This document shows positions 46,672 through 55,955 of a stretch of DNA of 64,000 nt, one piece after another. A program made the translations under genes and the position numbers. The stretch lies in the NCBI GenBank assembly GCA_964583255.1, contig CAZOVY010000004.1:31100-95099 (forward strand). The letters run 5' to 3'. Source of the DNA: an uncultured Brevifollis sp. GTDB lineage: Bacteria > Verrucomicrobiota > Verrucomicrobiia > Verrucomicrobiales > Verrucomicrobiaceae. The notes beneath the pieces were generated by a model, which had not been told where the DNA came from, made no database searches, and was given only the letters and a program-made list of their open reading frames with translations. Every line of letters begins with the position of its first letter. Positions within the stretch are counted from its first letter, which is position 1.

Positions 46672-48726
46672 ATGAACCTCGTCTTCTGTTTGGTTAGCCT
46701 TCTCGGCGCCTTCCTGCTGTTTCAAGTTCAGCCCGTCATCAGCAAATTCATCCTGCCATGGTTCGGCGGAAGTCCCGGCGTGTGGACGACGTGCATGCTG
46801 TTTTTCCAAGTCGTGTTATTTGGTGGTTACAGCTACGCGCACTTGCTCGCGAAATGTCGGCCACGCACGCAGGCTTGGGTGCACGGTGCAGCGCTGCTGA
46901 TCGCAGCCCTGCTGCTACCCATCGTGCCAGATGCGGCGCTGAAACCCACCGGAGCTGAAGAACCAGTCCTGCGTATTTTGATGCTGCTCGCGTGGACCGT
47001 CGGCTTTCCCTACCTCGTCCTATCTGCCACCAGCCCGCTGCTTCAAGTGTGGTTTTCACATTTGTATCCGCAGCGCAGCCCATGGCGCTTGTATTCACTA
47101 TCGAATATCGGCTCACTCACCGCGCTGCTGACTTATCCCGTATTGATCGAGACACGGTGGGATGTGATGACGCAGGCGCAGATATGGTCCGGCGTTTTCG
47201 TCGTGTTTGTGCTGCTCATGGCTGTCTGCGCCTTCACCAATCGCACGCGCCCAGATGTGATCACGCCGGAGGGTGATCCACATCCGCAGGCGGAAACACA
47301 TGCAATCAAACCTACTTGGATGCGCCGCGTGCTGTGGCTGCTGCTGCCAGGTTTTGCCTCACTGCTCCTGCTGAGTACCACCAATCATGTTTGTCAGGAT
47401 GTCGCGGTGATTCCATTTTTATGGGTCGCGCCTCTCAGTCTGTATCTCGTCTCATTCATCATCTGCTTTGATCATCCGCGCTGGTATGCACGCAGCGCGT
47501 GGGCACTGCCGGCGATGGCGCTGCTGTTCTTTGGCTCCGGCATGTACCAGTTTGATTTTGGAGACTGGTCACCTGGCTTCATCTTTGAGCTCTGCGTGCT
47601 CCTGGCGGCCATGTTTGCCGTATGCATGGTCTGTCATGGCGAACTCGCCCGCTTGAAGCCCTCTACGAAGTATCTCACCGAGTATTACTTGCTCATGTCT
47701 GCGGGCGGCGCGCTCGGAGGTCTGATCGTGAGCATCGTCGCACCGCTCATGTTTGATACCTACATGGAGTGGTCGTTGGCACTGCTCGCTGGGTTTATGT
47801 TGGTTGCCTGGGCAGCCTTTGCGGGGCTGCCAGCCTTCCTGCGGATCAAACCGGCGGCTATCGGTTGGGCGGCACTGACGCTGACTGGAGTGGTTTATAT
47901 GAGCGAGTGGGAGTTCTCTTTTGAGGAGAGACTCGAGCGGCATCGTGACTTCTACGGCATGCTCTCGGTCAACGAATACGAGGACGACGACAATGGCGAA
48001 ACCCTGCGCTCTTTCATCAGCGGCACCATCAAGCATGGCCGCCAAAACATGACGCCTGCGAAACTGCGTGATCCGCTGACCTACTACTCGCGGCCCACAG
48101 GAATCGGTCGCGCGCTCGAATCACTGAAGACCATCCCGGACGCCAAAGTGGGCGTGATCGGCATGGGGGCAGGCACCGTGGCCTGCTACGCGGAAAGAGG
48201 GCAGACATACCGCTTTTATGAGATCAATCCCAGTGCCGTGCGCCTGGCCTTAAAGTATTTCACCTTCATCCCTGATCTGGAGGCACGCGGTGCCCATTAC
48301 GAAGCCCACCTGGGCGATGCGCGCCTCACTTTGGAGCACGAAGCGCCGCAAAACTTCGATGTGCTGCTCATCGACGCCTTCAGTGGTGACTCCGTCCCCG
48401 TGCACCTCCTCACGCGCGAGGCCTTTGAACTGTATCAGCGGCACATGAAACCCGATGGCATCATCGCCGTGCACATCACGAACCATTCACTCAATCTGGC
48501 CCCCGTCGTCGAGCGCGCCGCGCGTGAGTTCGGTCTGCACAGCATCCGCATCGCCAACAAAACCGAGGAATCCGGCTGCTACCCCACCGATTACGTGCTG
48601 CTGACGCGCAATACCGCTTTCATCCAGGCGAATCCGCCCGTGGAGCCTGCCTATGCGCGTGCGATCGACGTGCCTTTGTGGACCGATCACCGCCACAATC
48701 TGTTTCAGATTTTGGACAATCGCTAA
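46672..48726 (+). CDS. Membrane protein fused to a spermidine-synthase-like SAM-dependent domain
   Basis: Multi-TM N-terminal region (LLFQVQP...K.ILPWFGG), then IGMGAGT, YEINP, GDAR, DAFSGD and WTD. Confidence 0.88.
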   Translation: MNLVFCLVSLLGAFLLFQVQPVISKFILPWFGGSPGVWTTCMLFFQVVLFGGYSYAHLLAKCRPRTQAWVHGAALLIAALLLPIVPDAALKPTGAEEPVLRILMLLAWTVGFPYLVLSATSPLLQVWFSHLYPQRSPWRLYSLSNIGSLTALLTYPVLIETRWDVMTQAQIWSGVFVVFVLLMAVCAFTNRTRPDVITPEGDPHPQAETHAIKPTWMRRVLWLLLPGFASLLLLSTTNHVCQDVAVIPFLWVAPLSLYLVSFIICFDHPRWYARSAWALPAMALLFFGSGMYQFDFGDWSPGFIFELCVLLAAMFAVCMVCHGELARLKPSTKYLTEYYLLMSAGGALGGLIVSIVAPLMFDTYMEWSLALLAGFMLVAWAAFAGLPAFLRIKPAAIGWAALTLTGVVYMSEWEFSFEERLERHRDFYGMLSVNEYEDDDNGETLRSFISGTIKHGRQNMTPAKLRDPLTYYSRPTGIGRALESLKTIPDAKVGVIGMGAGTVACYAERGQTYRFYEINPSAVRLALKYFTFIPDLEARGAHYEAHLGDARLTLEHEAPQNFDVLLIDAFSGDSVPVHLLTREAFELYQRHMKPDGIIAVHITNHSLNLAPVVERAAREFGLHSIRIANKTEESGCYPTDYVLLTRNTAFIQANPPVEPAYARAIDVPLWTDHRHNLFQILDNR

Positions 48727-48774
48727 CCACATGCAGCGCCGGAAGACGTGTGATTCGGAGCACCTGCTCGCACC

Positions 48775-49872
48775 ATGAGTCCAAGCCAAAACAAATCCAC
48801 AACCGAGCGGTTGCCGTTTCTGGATGCTTTGCGTGCTTTGGCATCCGTGCTGATCGTGTGGCACCACTTTGCGCTCTATCCGCCTTTGAATGAGCAGGCC
48901 GAGCCGATCCTCGGCGCACTCGTTCTTTGGTTCAGCGAGTACGCGCGGTCCACGCAGGTCTTCTTCGTGATCGGCGGCTTTGTCATGGCCCGCAGCATGT
49001 CCGGCATGAGTTGGGATGTCAGGGCAATCAGGCACTTCATCGCCAAACGCTACTGTCGTCTCGGGATTCCCTACCTCGCGGCCATTGGCCTCGCACTGGC
49101 GGCCAATGGCTTCGGTCGTGGATGGTTGCCGGATGACGTGGTCGGACCACCGCCGACGCTGGCGCAGCTCCTCGCACATGTTTTTTTCGTGCAGGAACTG
49201 ATGGGCTACGAGCACGTCTCCGCTGGCCTGTGGTTTGTCTGCATCAATTTCCAACTGGGACTGATCTACGCCATCATGCTCTGGCTGCGCGACACCCTCG
49301 CCGGCGTTTTGAAAATCCCAACCGCCTCACCGTGGATCAATGTCCCGATTTTGGCCGGTTGGATTCTGTCTCTCAGCTCCCTGTTCTACTTCAACTGTGA
49401 CTCCGACTGGGATTCGTGGGGCATCTACTTCTTCCCGTATTTCTTCATGGGAGTCGTGGTTCATCAGGCGCTGAAAAGCCGGGCTTCGGCACCCATGTTC
49501 TGGGCCTACCAGCTAATGATCATCGCCTCCATGTGTTTCGACTGGCGCTGGCGACTGATGAGCGCGCTGATCGTTGGTCTGCTGCTGTTTGGGGCGGATA
49601 AATCCGGCCTCGCCGCACGCTGGCCCCGCAGCAGGTGGATCGCTCAAATGGGAAAAGTATCTTACAGCCTCTTCCTCGTACATTTCCCCGTTCTATTGGT
49701 GATTTCCACCCTGTGGACTCGCTTTGGCTGGACCTCCGCGCCCGCCGCAGTCGTTGGCCTGCTGGTGGCCTTCGCGGCAAGCGTGGCCACGGCCTTCGTT
49801 TTCCATCGTCGGGTGGAAAAGCCGACTGCGGCGCTCAAGCGGAAAGGACGAAGGTCAGCCTCAAGCTATTGA
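48775..49872 (+). CDS. Acyltransferase-3 (OafA-like) membrane acyltransferase
   Basis: LDALRALA...V.HH, FFVIGGF, RYCRL, GKVSYSLFLVHFPV and VEKP. Confidence 0.9.
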   Translation: MSPSQNKSTTERLPFLDALRALASVLIVWHHFALYPPLNEQAEPILGALVLWFSEYARSTQVFFVIGGFVMARSMSGMSWDVRAIRHFIAKRYCRLGIPYLAAIGLALAANGFGRGWLPDDVVGPPPTLAQLLAHVFFVQELMGYEHVSAGLWFVCINFQLGLIYAIMLWLRDTLAGVLKIPTASPWINVPILAGWILSLSSLFYFNCDSDWDSWGIYFFPYFFMGVVVHQALKSRASAPMFWAYQLMIIASMCFDWRWRLMSALIVGLLLFGADKSGLAARWPRSRWIAQMGKVSYSLFLVHFPVLLVISTLWTRFGWTSAPAAVVGLLVAFAASVATAFVFHRRVEKPTAALKRKGRRSASSY

Positions 49873-50961
49873 AGCATCCAGCGCCTTGATGATCTCGCAG
49901 TGCGGTGCGCGCACGAACTTGGCCGATTCGCGCGTGGCATCCAGACTGCCGCCACCTGCATACACGTCGATGGGATCACTCAGCCGATGCATCAGCTCAT
50001 ACACGCGTGCGCAGGCCTCCTTGTCGGCCAGGGTTCGCGCCACCAACGCCTCCACCTTGGTTTCATCGACTTGCAAATCGCCTTCAGCGTCGCGGAAGGT
50101 CGAGTCACGCCAGTGGTGAATTTCGATGCACTTGGTCAGCATGGTGAAGGGCGCGTCACGCTTCCAAAAATTGGAAAACAGACCTCCTCCGAGGTAGATC
50201 ACCCAGGATCCTTCATAGCCGGTGGCTTCCTCAGAACCTTCATCCGGATTGCGAAACCAGACGCGTTCTCCCGGCACGTAATAGTGGATGGGCATTGGGC
50301 TGTTCAAGGTCCCCCGTTCGTCGAGGAAGACTTCATTGAAAGCCGTCGCTCGGAGCGCCTTCCGTTCCCACTGTGACTGCAAACGCTGCAGCAACTCTGG
50401 ATGACATTCACAGGCCTCCTCGGCGATCGAAAGCAGCACCACATACTCGACCGCTCTGGAACAGGAAAAAGAATACAATGGGCCATCTGGTTCCGGCTGG
50501 CAGGCTTTCCTCAATGATTCGATCAAGGGACTGCCTGGAATCAACACAAAGCCGGTTTCTGATGAGTAACGCCAGCAGTCCGGCGGACGCTCAACGGCCA
50601 TGGTGTCGAAATTGAGGCAGGTGCGCGCGGCATTGCGCGCGATGTTTCGGCGGATGTTCACCGAGGACTGAAGCTCCTCGGCGCTCGGAAATTCCAGCAG
50701 GAGAGGGCTGTTCAGCAGCGTCAGCCAAATCTCACGCAGCAAGTCGTCGTCATCGTTTTGACCGGCGAGTCTCAGCGTCGCGGTGAGTTCGAGCGTGTCG
50801 AAATCCGGCATCCAGGCTTGAGCATCGGTCGTCAAGGTGAGCCGAACGGAGCCATCAGCGGCTTGATCGGAAATTATGTGTATTTCGATCCCCAAGCGTT
50901 GCCACTCCGCCTGCAGGAGTGCGAAGTTCGAGTTTGTTGAGATGCGTGCCCCTAACTGCAT
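49861..50961 (-). CDS. Tgl-like protein-glutamine gamma-glutamyltransferase (cysteine transglutaminase fold)
   Basis: WR....GF.L, GPLYSFSCSRA (Cys167) and YVPGERVWFRNPD...EG.WVIYLG resemble recalled Bacillus Tgl motifs (GPFYAFECATA; GD..YFKNP...GEN.I.LG). Confidence 0.7.
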   Translation of the reverse strand: MQLGARISTNSNFALLQAEWQRLGIEIHIISDQAADGSVRLTLTTDAQAWMPDFDTLELTATLRLAGQNDDDDLLREIWLTLLNSPLLLEFPSAEELQSSVNIRRNIARNAARTCLNFDTMAVERPPDCWRYSSETGFVLIPGSPLIESLRKACQPEPDGPLYSFSCSRAVEYVVLLSIAEEACECHPELLQRLQSQWERKALRATAFNEVFLDERGTLNSPMPIHYYVPGERVWFRNPDEGSEEATGYEGSWVIYLGGGLFSNFWKRDAPFTMLTKCIEIHHWRDSTFRDAEGDLQVDETKVEALVARTLADKEACARVYELMHRLSDPIDVYAGGGSLDATRESAKFVRAPHCEIIKALDASIA

Positions 50962-51033
50962 GTGATTTCAGATGTGTTCGTGTGGTAGAAAAATATGTGG
51001 CGTTCCTTAACTCAAGGTTTCGTCCGGTGTTTC

Positions 51034-53196
51034 TTAATTCGAACCAAAACTCCTCAATCCTTCCGCGATCGCAGCGTCACTCAGTCCATAGGCCCACGCA
51101 GCACCGGCAGCGGCGAGCACGTTTTCGAGATGAAAGGCGAAATGACCGCTCAACGGTAGCGAAATGTCGCTCAGGGAACAAAGCTGGCGTGCTGTTTCGC
51201 CTTCAGCGAGATGGAGGAAATCGTCCTGCGCAAACACCGCGCGCCCACCACTCGCTCGATGTGCGTTGAGTTTGGCATTCGCGGCGTCACGGGAGAAAAA
51301 TAGGACGCTTCCTTTGCAGTGCTCGGCCATGCCGGCCACATAAACATCATCCGCATTCAGCACGACGGTGCCCCCAGGCAGCACGACATCCACGACACAG
51401 CGTTTCACTTTTGTCATCTGCTCCAGCGTGTCGATGTAGCCGAGTCCGAGGTGCTCCGTGCCTATATTGAGGACCACGCCGATCTGACAGCGGTCATAGC
51501 CGATGCCTTCGAGGACGATCGACTCCGCGCTTGTCTCGCAGATCGCGATTTCCGTCCACGGATGCAGCAGCACGCCCTGGGTGCCAAAAATACGGTCACC
51601 CTTCTTGGATTCGGCCACGCGGTCGCCAAACTGAAGTCCGTCACTGCCACAGACACCGAGAAACTTGCCCGTCGATTTCATCAAATGCGTCAGCAGCTTG
51701 ACCACGGTTGTTTTTCCATGCGAGCCCGTGATTCCGATGACCGGGATGCGGCCATCTTCAGTTTCGGGGAAAAGCATGTTGATGATCGCCTCACCGACAG
51801 GGCGACCCTTGCCCATGGCCGGCTTCAAATGGACGTTGAGCCCTGGACTCGCATTGATCTCGACGATGGCTCCGCCTTGCTCCTCCAACGGACGGCTGAC
51901 ATCGCGACACACCACGTCGATCCCGCAGATGTCGAGGCCCGCAGTCTTTGCCGCCACCACGACGTGCTCACGGATGCTCGGATGCACGTCATCCGTCACA
52001 TCCACAGATGGATTGGCAAAGCGCCATACCAGAACGCGCTCGCCATCGCGGGGAATCGACGTCATGTCGTGGCCTTGCTTCTGAAGATCCGCCATCATGG
52101 TCGGATCAATATCAGTCAAGGTGCCGATGATGGACCACGGTGTTGTATCATGCGTGCCACGGCGCGGATCACTGTTTAACTGCGCCTCGATCAAGTCGCG
52201 CACGGTCTGCGCGCCATCGCCGACGATACACGCAGGCTCACCACGATTCGCAGCGACCATTTCAGAACCCACCACTAGCAAGCGATGATCCACACCAGGA
52301 ATGAAGCGCTCAATCATGACTCCAGAGCCTTCCTTGAGCGCCTGCGGGTATGCTTCGATGATTTGTTCGCGCGTACAGAGATCAATGAATACCCCACGAC
52401 CGTGGTTGCCATCGGTAGGCTTCAACACGACTGGCAAGCCCACCTCCTCAGCAGCATTCCAGGCATCATTTGCATCGTTCACCACACGTCCTTCTGGCAC
52501 AGGAACACCTGCCTGGCGTAGTATGGTGCGCGTGAGATCCTTGTCTTGTGCGATGTGTTCCGCGATCGCCCCCGTGCAGTCAGATTCCGCCGTCCAGATG
52601 CGGCGCTGTTTCACGCCTTGACCGAACTGGATGAGACTGCGGCCCTCCTGAAGTCTGCGCCATGGGATGCCGCGCTCCTTCGCAGCATCCACGATGGATT
52701 TCGTGCTAGGCCCGAGTGCATTGCGATCCACCACACCCTGCAAACGAGTCACCTCTGCCGCGACATCAAACGTTCCGCCTGAATAAGCCGCCAGCAGCAG
52801 CTCACGCGCACTGCGCAGACATTCCTGCACCACCACCTCATCCAGATAACGAACGATGACTTTGTAGAGACCTTCCACGCACGTCTCCCGTGCTTTACCA
52901 AAGCCAAGCTGGTGACCCGCGAGCGTCTGCAACTCCAGCGTCACATGCTCCAAGATATGCGCAGGGTAAGTGCCACGATCTAACCGCTGAAAGAAGCCGC
53001 CACGCTCACCCACACTGCACCTATGCTCGATCATTCCCGGCAGCCATGACTTGAGTCGCTCATTGAATCCCGTGATCTCCTCCGACGACGCATCCTTCAG
53101 GCTGCCCAGATCCACCCAAGCTTCCAGCACAGGATAATTTGCCCAGATATTGGGACCGCGCAGAAGATGGATTTCACGAATGTCGAGATCAGGCAT
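51034..53196 (-). CDS. cphA: Cyanophycin synthetase paralogue, short copy (N-domain C/HxxEH site intact; C-terminal Mur lid domain absent)
   Basis: LRGPNIW, EHRCSVGERGGFFQRL..GTYPAHILEH, LGPST, KPTDGNHGRGV and TGSHGKTT. Ends at GLRSFGSN. Start at MPDLD. Confidence 0.92.
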   Translation of the reverse strand: MPDLDIREIHLLRGPNIWANYPVLEAWVDLGSLKDASSEEITGFNERLKSWLPGMIEHRCSVGERGGFFQRLDRGTYPAHILEHVTLELQTLAGHQLGFGKARETCVEGLYKVIVRYLDEVVVQECLRSARELLLAAYSGGTFDVAAEVTRLQGVVDRNALGPSTKSIVDAAKERGIPWRRLQEGRSLIQFGQGVKQRRIWTAESDCTGAIAEHIAQDKDLTRTILRQAGVPVPEGRVVNDANDAWNAAEEVGLPVVLKPTDGNHGRGVFIDLCTREQIIEAYPQALKEGSGVMIERFIPGVDHRLLVVGSEMVAANRGEPACIVGDGAQTVRDLIEAQLNSDPRRGTHDTTPWSIIGTLTDIDPTMMADLQKQGHDMTSIPRDGERVLVWRFANPSVDVTDDVHPSIREHVVVAAKTAGLDICGIDVVCRDVSRPLEEQGGAIVEINASPGLNVHLKPAMGKGRPVGEAIINMLFPETEDGRIPVIGITGSHGKTTVVKLLTHLMKSTGKFLGVCGSDGLQFGDRVAESKKGDRIFGTQGVLLHPWTEIAICETSAESIVLEGIGYDRCQIGVVLNIGTEHLGLGYIDTLEQMTKVKRCVVDVVLPGGTVVLNADDVYVAGMAEHCKGSVLFFSRDAANAKLNAHRASGGRAVFAQDDFLHLAEGETARQLCSLSDISLPLSGHFAFHLENVLAAAGAAWAYGLSDAAIAEGLRSFGSN

Positions 53197-53297
53197 GGGA
53201 GTCGAAATTACCCGTGCGGTGATAACAGGCAAGGCTTCGTGGTTAAATGTCTGGAGCACGTAAGAACTAGTCTTTGAGACCGAATACGTATTCCCAC

Positions 53298-54563
53298 ATG
53301 ACACGCCTTCTATTCGCTTGCCTCCTGCTTGCCAACGCCTCCGCCGCCGAACTTTCAGTCACCTCTTATCCGACGATTCAAGAGGCGCTGAATGCGAATC
53401 CGAACCGCATAATGTTTGTTCCGGCAGGTGATTATTCGATCACGGAAAAGATTCGTATTCGGGGTGAACGCAGCGGTTTGATGGGGCCGGGCCGCATCAT
53501 CCAGCAAAGTGCGGACCAGCCGATCATCGAGATCGAGAATGCCAATGGCGCGGAGATTCGTGATCTGACGCTCACGCGACCGGAAGGGAAGATGGAGTCC
53601 CGCAATGAGGGAATCATTGCCATCAAATGCCGCGATCTCGTCATCGAAAATGTGCGCGTGATCGACAACCGCAGTGCCGCCGGAGCTATCACGCTACGTG
53701 ATAGCCAGAACTGTCGCATCAGCCGCTGTCTGGTGCGGAACTACATGCGACTGAGCGTGGATGACCGCACAGCAAATAAAGACCTGGGCTACGCCTTCAA
53801 CTGCACCGACGGCACGGGCATCAGCGTGAGCTACAGCACCGGCACTCTGATCGAAGGCAATCGAGTCGTTGAGGACAACATGGTGCCGACACCGGAACTC
53901 AAGGCGAAGCACAAGCTGGGTGACTGGATCAAAAAAAACGCGGAGAAAGGCAGCATCGTCAATCAGGCAACATGGGATCTGAACTACACGGACGCCTGGC
54001 AACAAGGCTCCGGCATCATCGTCACCGCGCCAGAGGTGAGCGACCTCACACGCATCCACAGCAATCACATTGAAAACGCCGCACAGGGTATCGACCTGCA
54101 TTCGGATCACGTCATCGTTTCGAACAACATCGTCGTGAACTCCTTCATGGGCATGAAGGCCATGCATGGCTCGCGCAATGTGATCATCACAGGTAATCAG
54201 TTCGTCAAAAACTGCCTCTGGGCCATCGGCCTCATGCCTGGTGCGGCGGCGAATGCTGGGAACGCGGATGGCGGATCGATCATCGCCAACAACATCATCT
54301 CCGACTTCGGTCATGGCGACGCGCATTGGATCTGGGGAGACGAGCGCTCACCCTTCAAATTTGATACAGGCCAGCAGCCCGACGACCCACCGCTTACCGA
54401 CGTCATCGTGCAGGGCAACATCGTCCACAGCATCGGTAAACCGCGCTACGAGTACGCCGTCATCATCCCCGGCGGCCCGAACACACCGCGTGGCATGCAT
54501 TTTTCCAACAACCTCTTCCACCCAGGAACACAAGGCGTGGCCAACACCGAGTTGCCGCATTGA
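53298..54563 (+). CDS. Secreted right-handed parallel beta-helix protein
   Basis: Signal peptide and TIQEAL...VPAGDY, followed by repeated I.GN/I.NN rungs. Confidence 0.85.
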   Translation: MTRLLFACLLLANASAAELSVTSYPTIQEALNANPNRIMFVPAGDYSITEKIRIRGERSGLMGPGRIIQQSADQPIIEIENANGAEIRDLTLTRPEGKMESRNEGIIAIKCRDLVIENVRVIDNRSAAGAITLRDSQNCRISRCLVRNYMRLSVDDRTANKDLGYAFNCTDGTGISVSYSTGTLIEGNRVVEDNMVPTPELKAKHKLGDWIKKNAEKGSIVNQATWDLNYTDAWQQGSGIIVTAPEVSDLTRIHSNHIENAAQGIDLHSDHVIVSNNIVVNSFMGMKAMHGSRNVIITGNQFVKNCLWAIGLMPGAAANAGNADGGSIIANNIISDFGHGDAHWIWGDERSPFKFDTGQQPDDPPLTDVIVQGNIVHSIGKPRYEYAVIIPGGPNTPRGMHFSNNLFHPGTQGVANTELPH

Positions 54564-54596
54564 CGCTGCGGGCGAAAGCTCCCAAGATCGCGGCTG

Positions 54597-55955
54597 ATGT
54601 CCTACCGCACCACGCCCGCCCAGCTTACCACGATGCCGCCCGGCATCCCCTACATCATCGGCAATGAGCTAGCTGAGCGCTTTAGCTTCTACGGGATGCG
54701 GACGATACTCATGATCTTCATGACTCAGGCGCTCGTGAATCATGAAGGCATGAAGGATGTGATGAGCGAGCCTGAGGCTGCGAAATGGATGCACATCTAC
54801 ATGGGTGCCGTTTATCTCACGCCACTCTTGGGCGGTCTTTTGGCCGATCTCTGGTTAGGCAAATACCGAACCATCATCTGCCTGTCACTGCTCTACTGTG
54901 TGGGGCATCTCATTCTGGCCCTGGATCAAACTCGGCAGGGACTGTTTCTGGGGCTTTCCTGCGTCGCTCTCGGCGCGGGCGGCATCAAGCCCTGCGTGGC
55001 CTCCCATGTCGGAGATCAGTTTGGTGCCAGCAATTCGCACCTGCTGCCGCGCATGTACAACTGGTTCTACTTTGCGATCAATTTTGGCTCTTTCTTCTCC
55101 ACCCTGCTAACTCCGTGGTTGATGAAACATTATGGCCCACATGTCGCCTTTGGCGTGCCTGGGATTTTCATGCTCGTCGCCACCATTCTGTTTTGGATGG
55201 GTCGGCATAAATTTGCTCATATCCCCCCGCAGCCACAGGTCTTCTGGCAGGAGCTTAACCGACCGGATGTGCTGCGCTCCATCGCTGGCCTGGCCATGAT
55301 TTACGCCTTCATCGCCATGTTCTGGAGTCTGTTTGATCAAACCGCCTCTAGGTGGGTCACGCAGGCCACTCACATGGATTTGAATGTCTTCGGTGTGCAG
55401 GTCCTGCCAGATCAGATCCAGGCCGTGAATCCCCTTTTCGTGCTGGCCATGATTCCCTTCTTTTCGCTGGTCGTTTATCCTCTCGTTGGCAAGATCTTCA
55501 CGCTCACGCCACTGCGGAAAATCTGCGCGGGCTTCGGCGTCGCCGCCGTTTCGTTCATCATTCCAGGCTTGATTGAAACCTGGATCGCGGCAGGCGAAAC
55601 GCCCAGCATCTGGTGGCAGATCTTGGCCTATCTCTTGATCACTTCAGCGGAGATCATGGTTTCCATCACCGCGCTTGAGTTCAGCTACACGCAGGCTCCT
55701 GCGCGGCTAAAGTCCTTCATCATGGGCCTCTTCTACGCCAGTGTGTTTCTTGGCAATCTCTTCACCTCACTGGTCAATGCATCGATCGAAAAAGCCGGGC
55801 TTTCGAGCGCACTGAATGGCTCGGCCTACTACTGGTTCTTCGTGCAGTGCATGGCTGTTACAACCGTGCTGTTTGTCTTCGTCGCCATGTTTTATAAAGG
55901 CCGGACCTACCTTCAGGGGGATGACGCCGAGCCGTGCACGCCTGAGATTCATTGA
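54597..55955 (+). CDS. POT/PTR family proton-dependent oligopeptide transporter
   Basis: ELAERFSFYGMR (ExxERFxYY-like), GGIKP..GDQF, FYFAINFGS and EFSYTQAP. Confidence 0.93.
   Translation: MSYRTTPAQLTTMPPGIPYIIGNELAERFSFYGMRTILMIFMTQALVNHEGMKDVMSEPEAAKWMHIYMGAVYLTPLLGGLLADLWLGKYRTIICLSLLYCVGHLILALDQTRQGLFLGLSCVALGAGGIKPCVASHVGDQFGASNSHLLPRMYNWFYFAINFGSFFSTLLTPWLMKHYGPHVAFGVPGIFMLVATILFWMGRHKFAHIPPQPQVFWQELNRPDVLRSIAGLAMIYAFIAMFWSLFDQTASRWVTQATHMDLNVFGVQVLPDQIQAVNPLFVLAMIPFFSLVVYPLVGKIFTLTPLRKICAGFGVAAVSFIIPGLIETWIAAGETPSIWWQILAYLLITSAEIMVSITALEFSYTQAPARLKSFIMGLFYASVFLGNLFTSLVNASIEKAGLSSALNGSAYYWFFVQCMAVTTVLFVFVAMFYKGRTYLQGDDAEPCTPEIH

Noticed and set aside
51034..51100. Short cphA as a truncated pseudogene
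   Set aside because: The ORF is clean, no remnant of the missing domain was recognised after the stop, and short paralogues are known in paired cphA systems.
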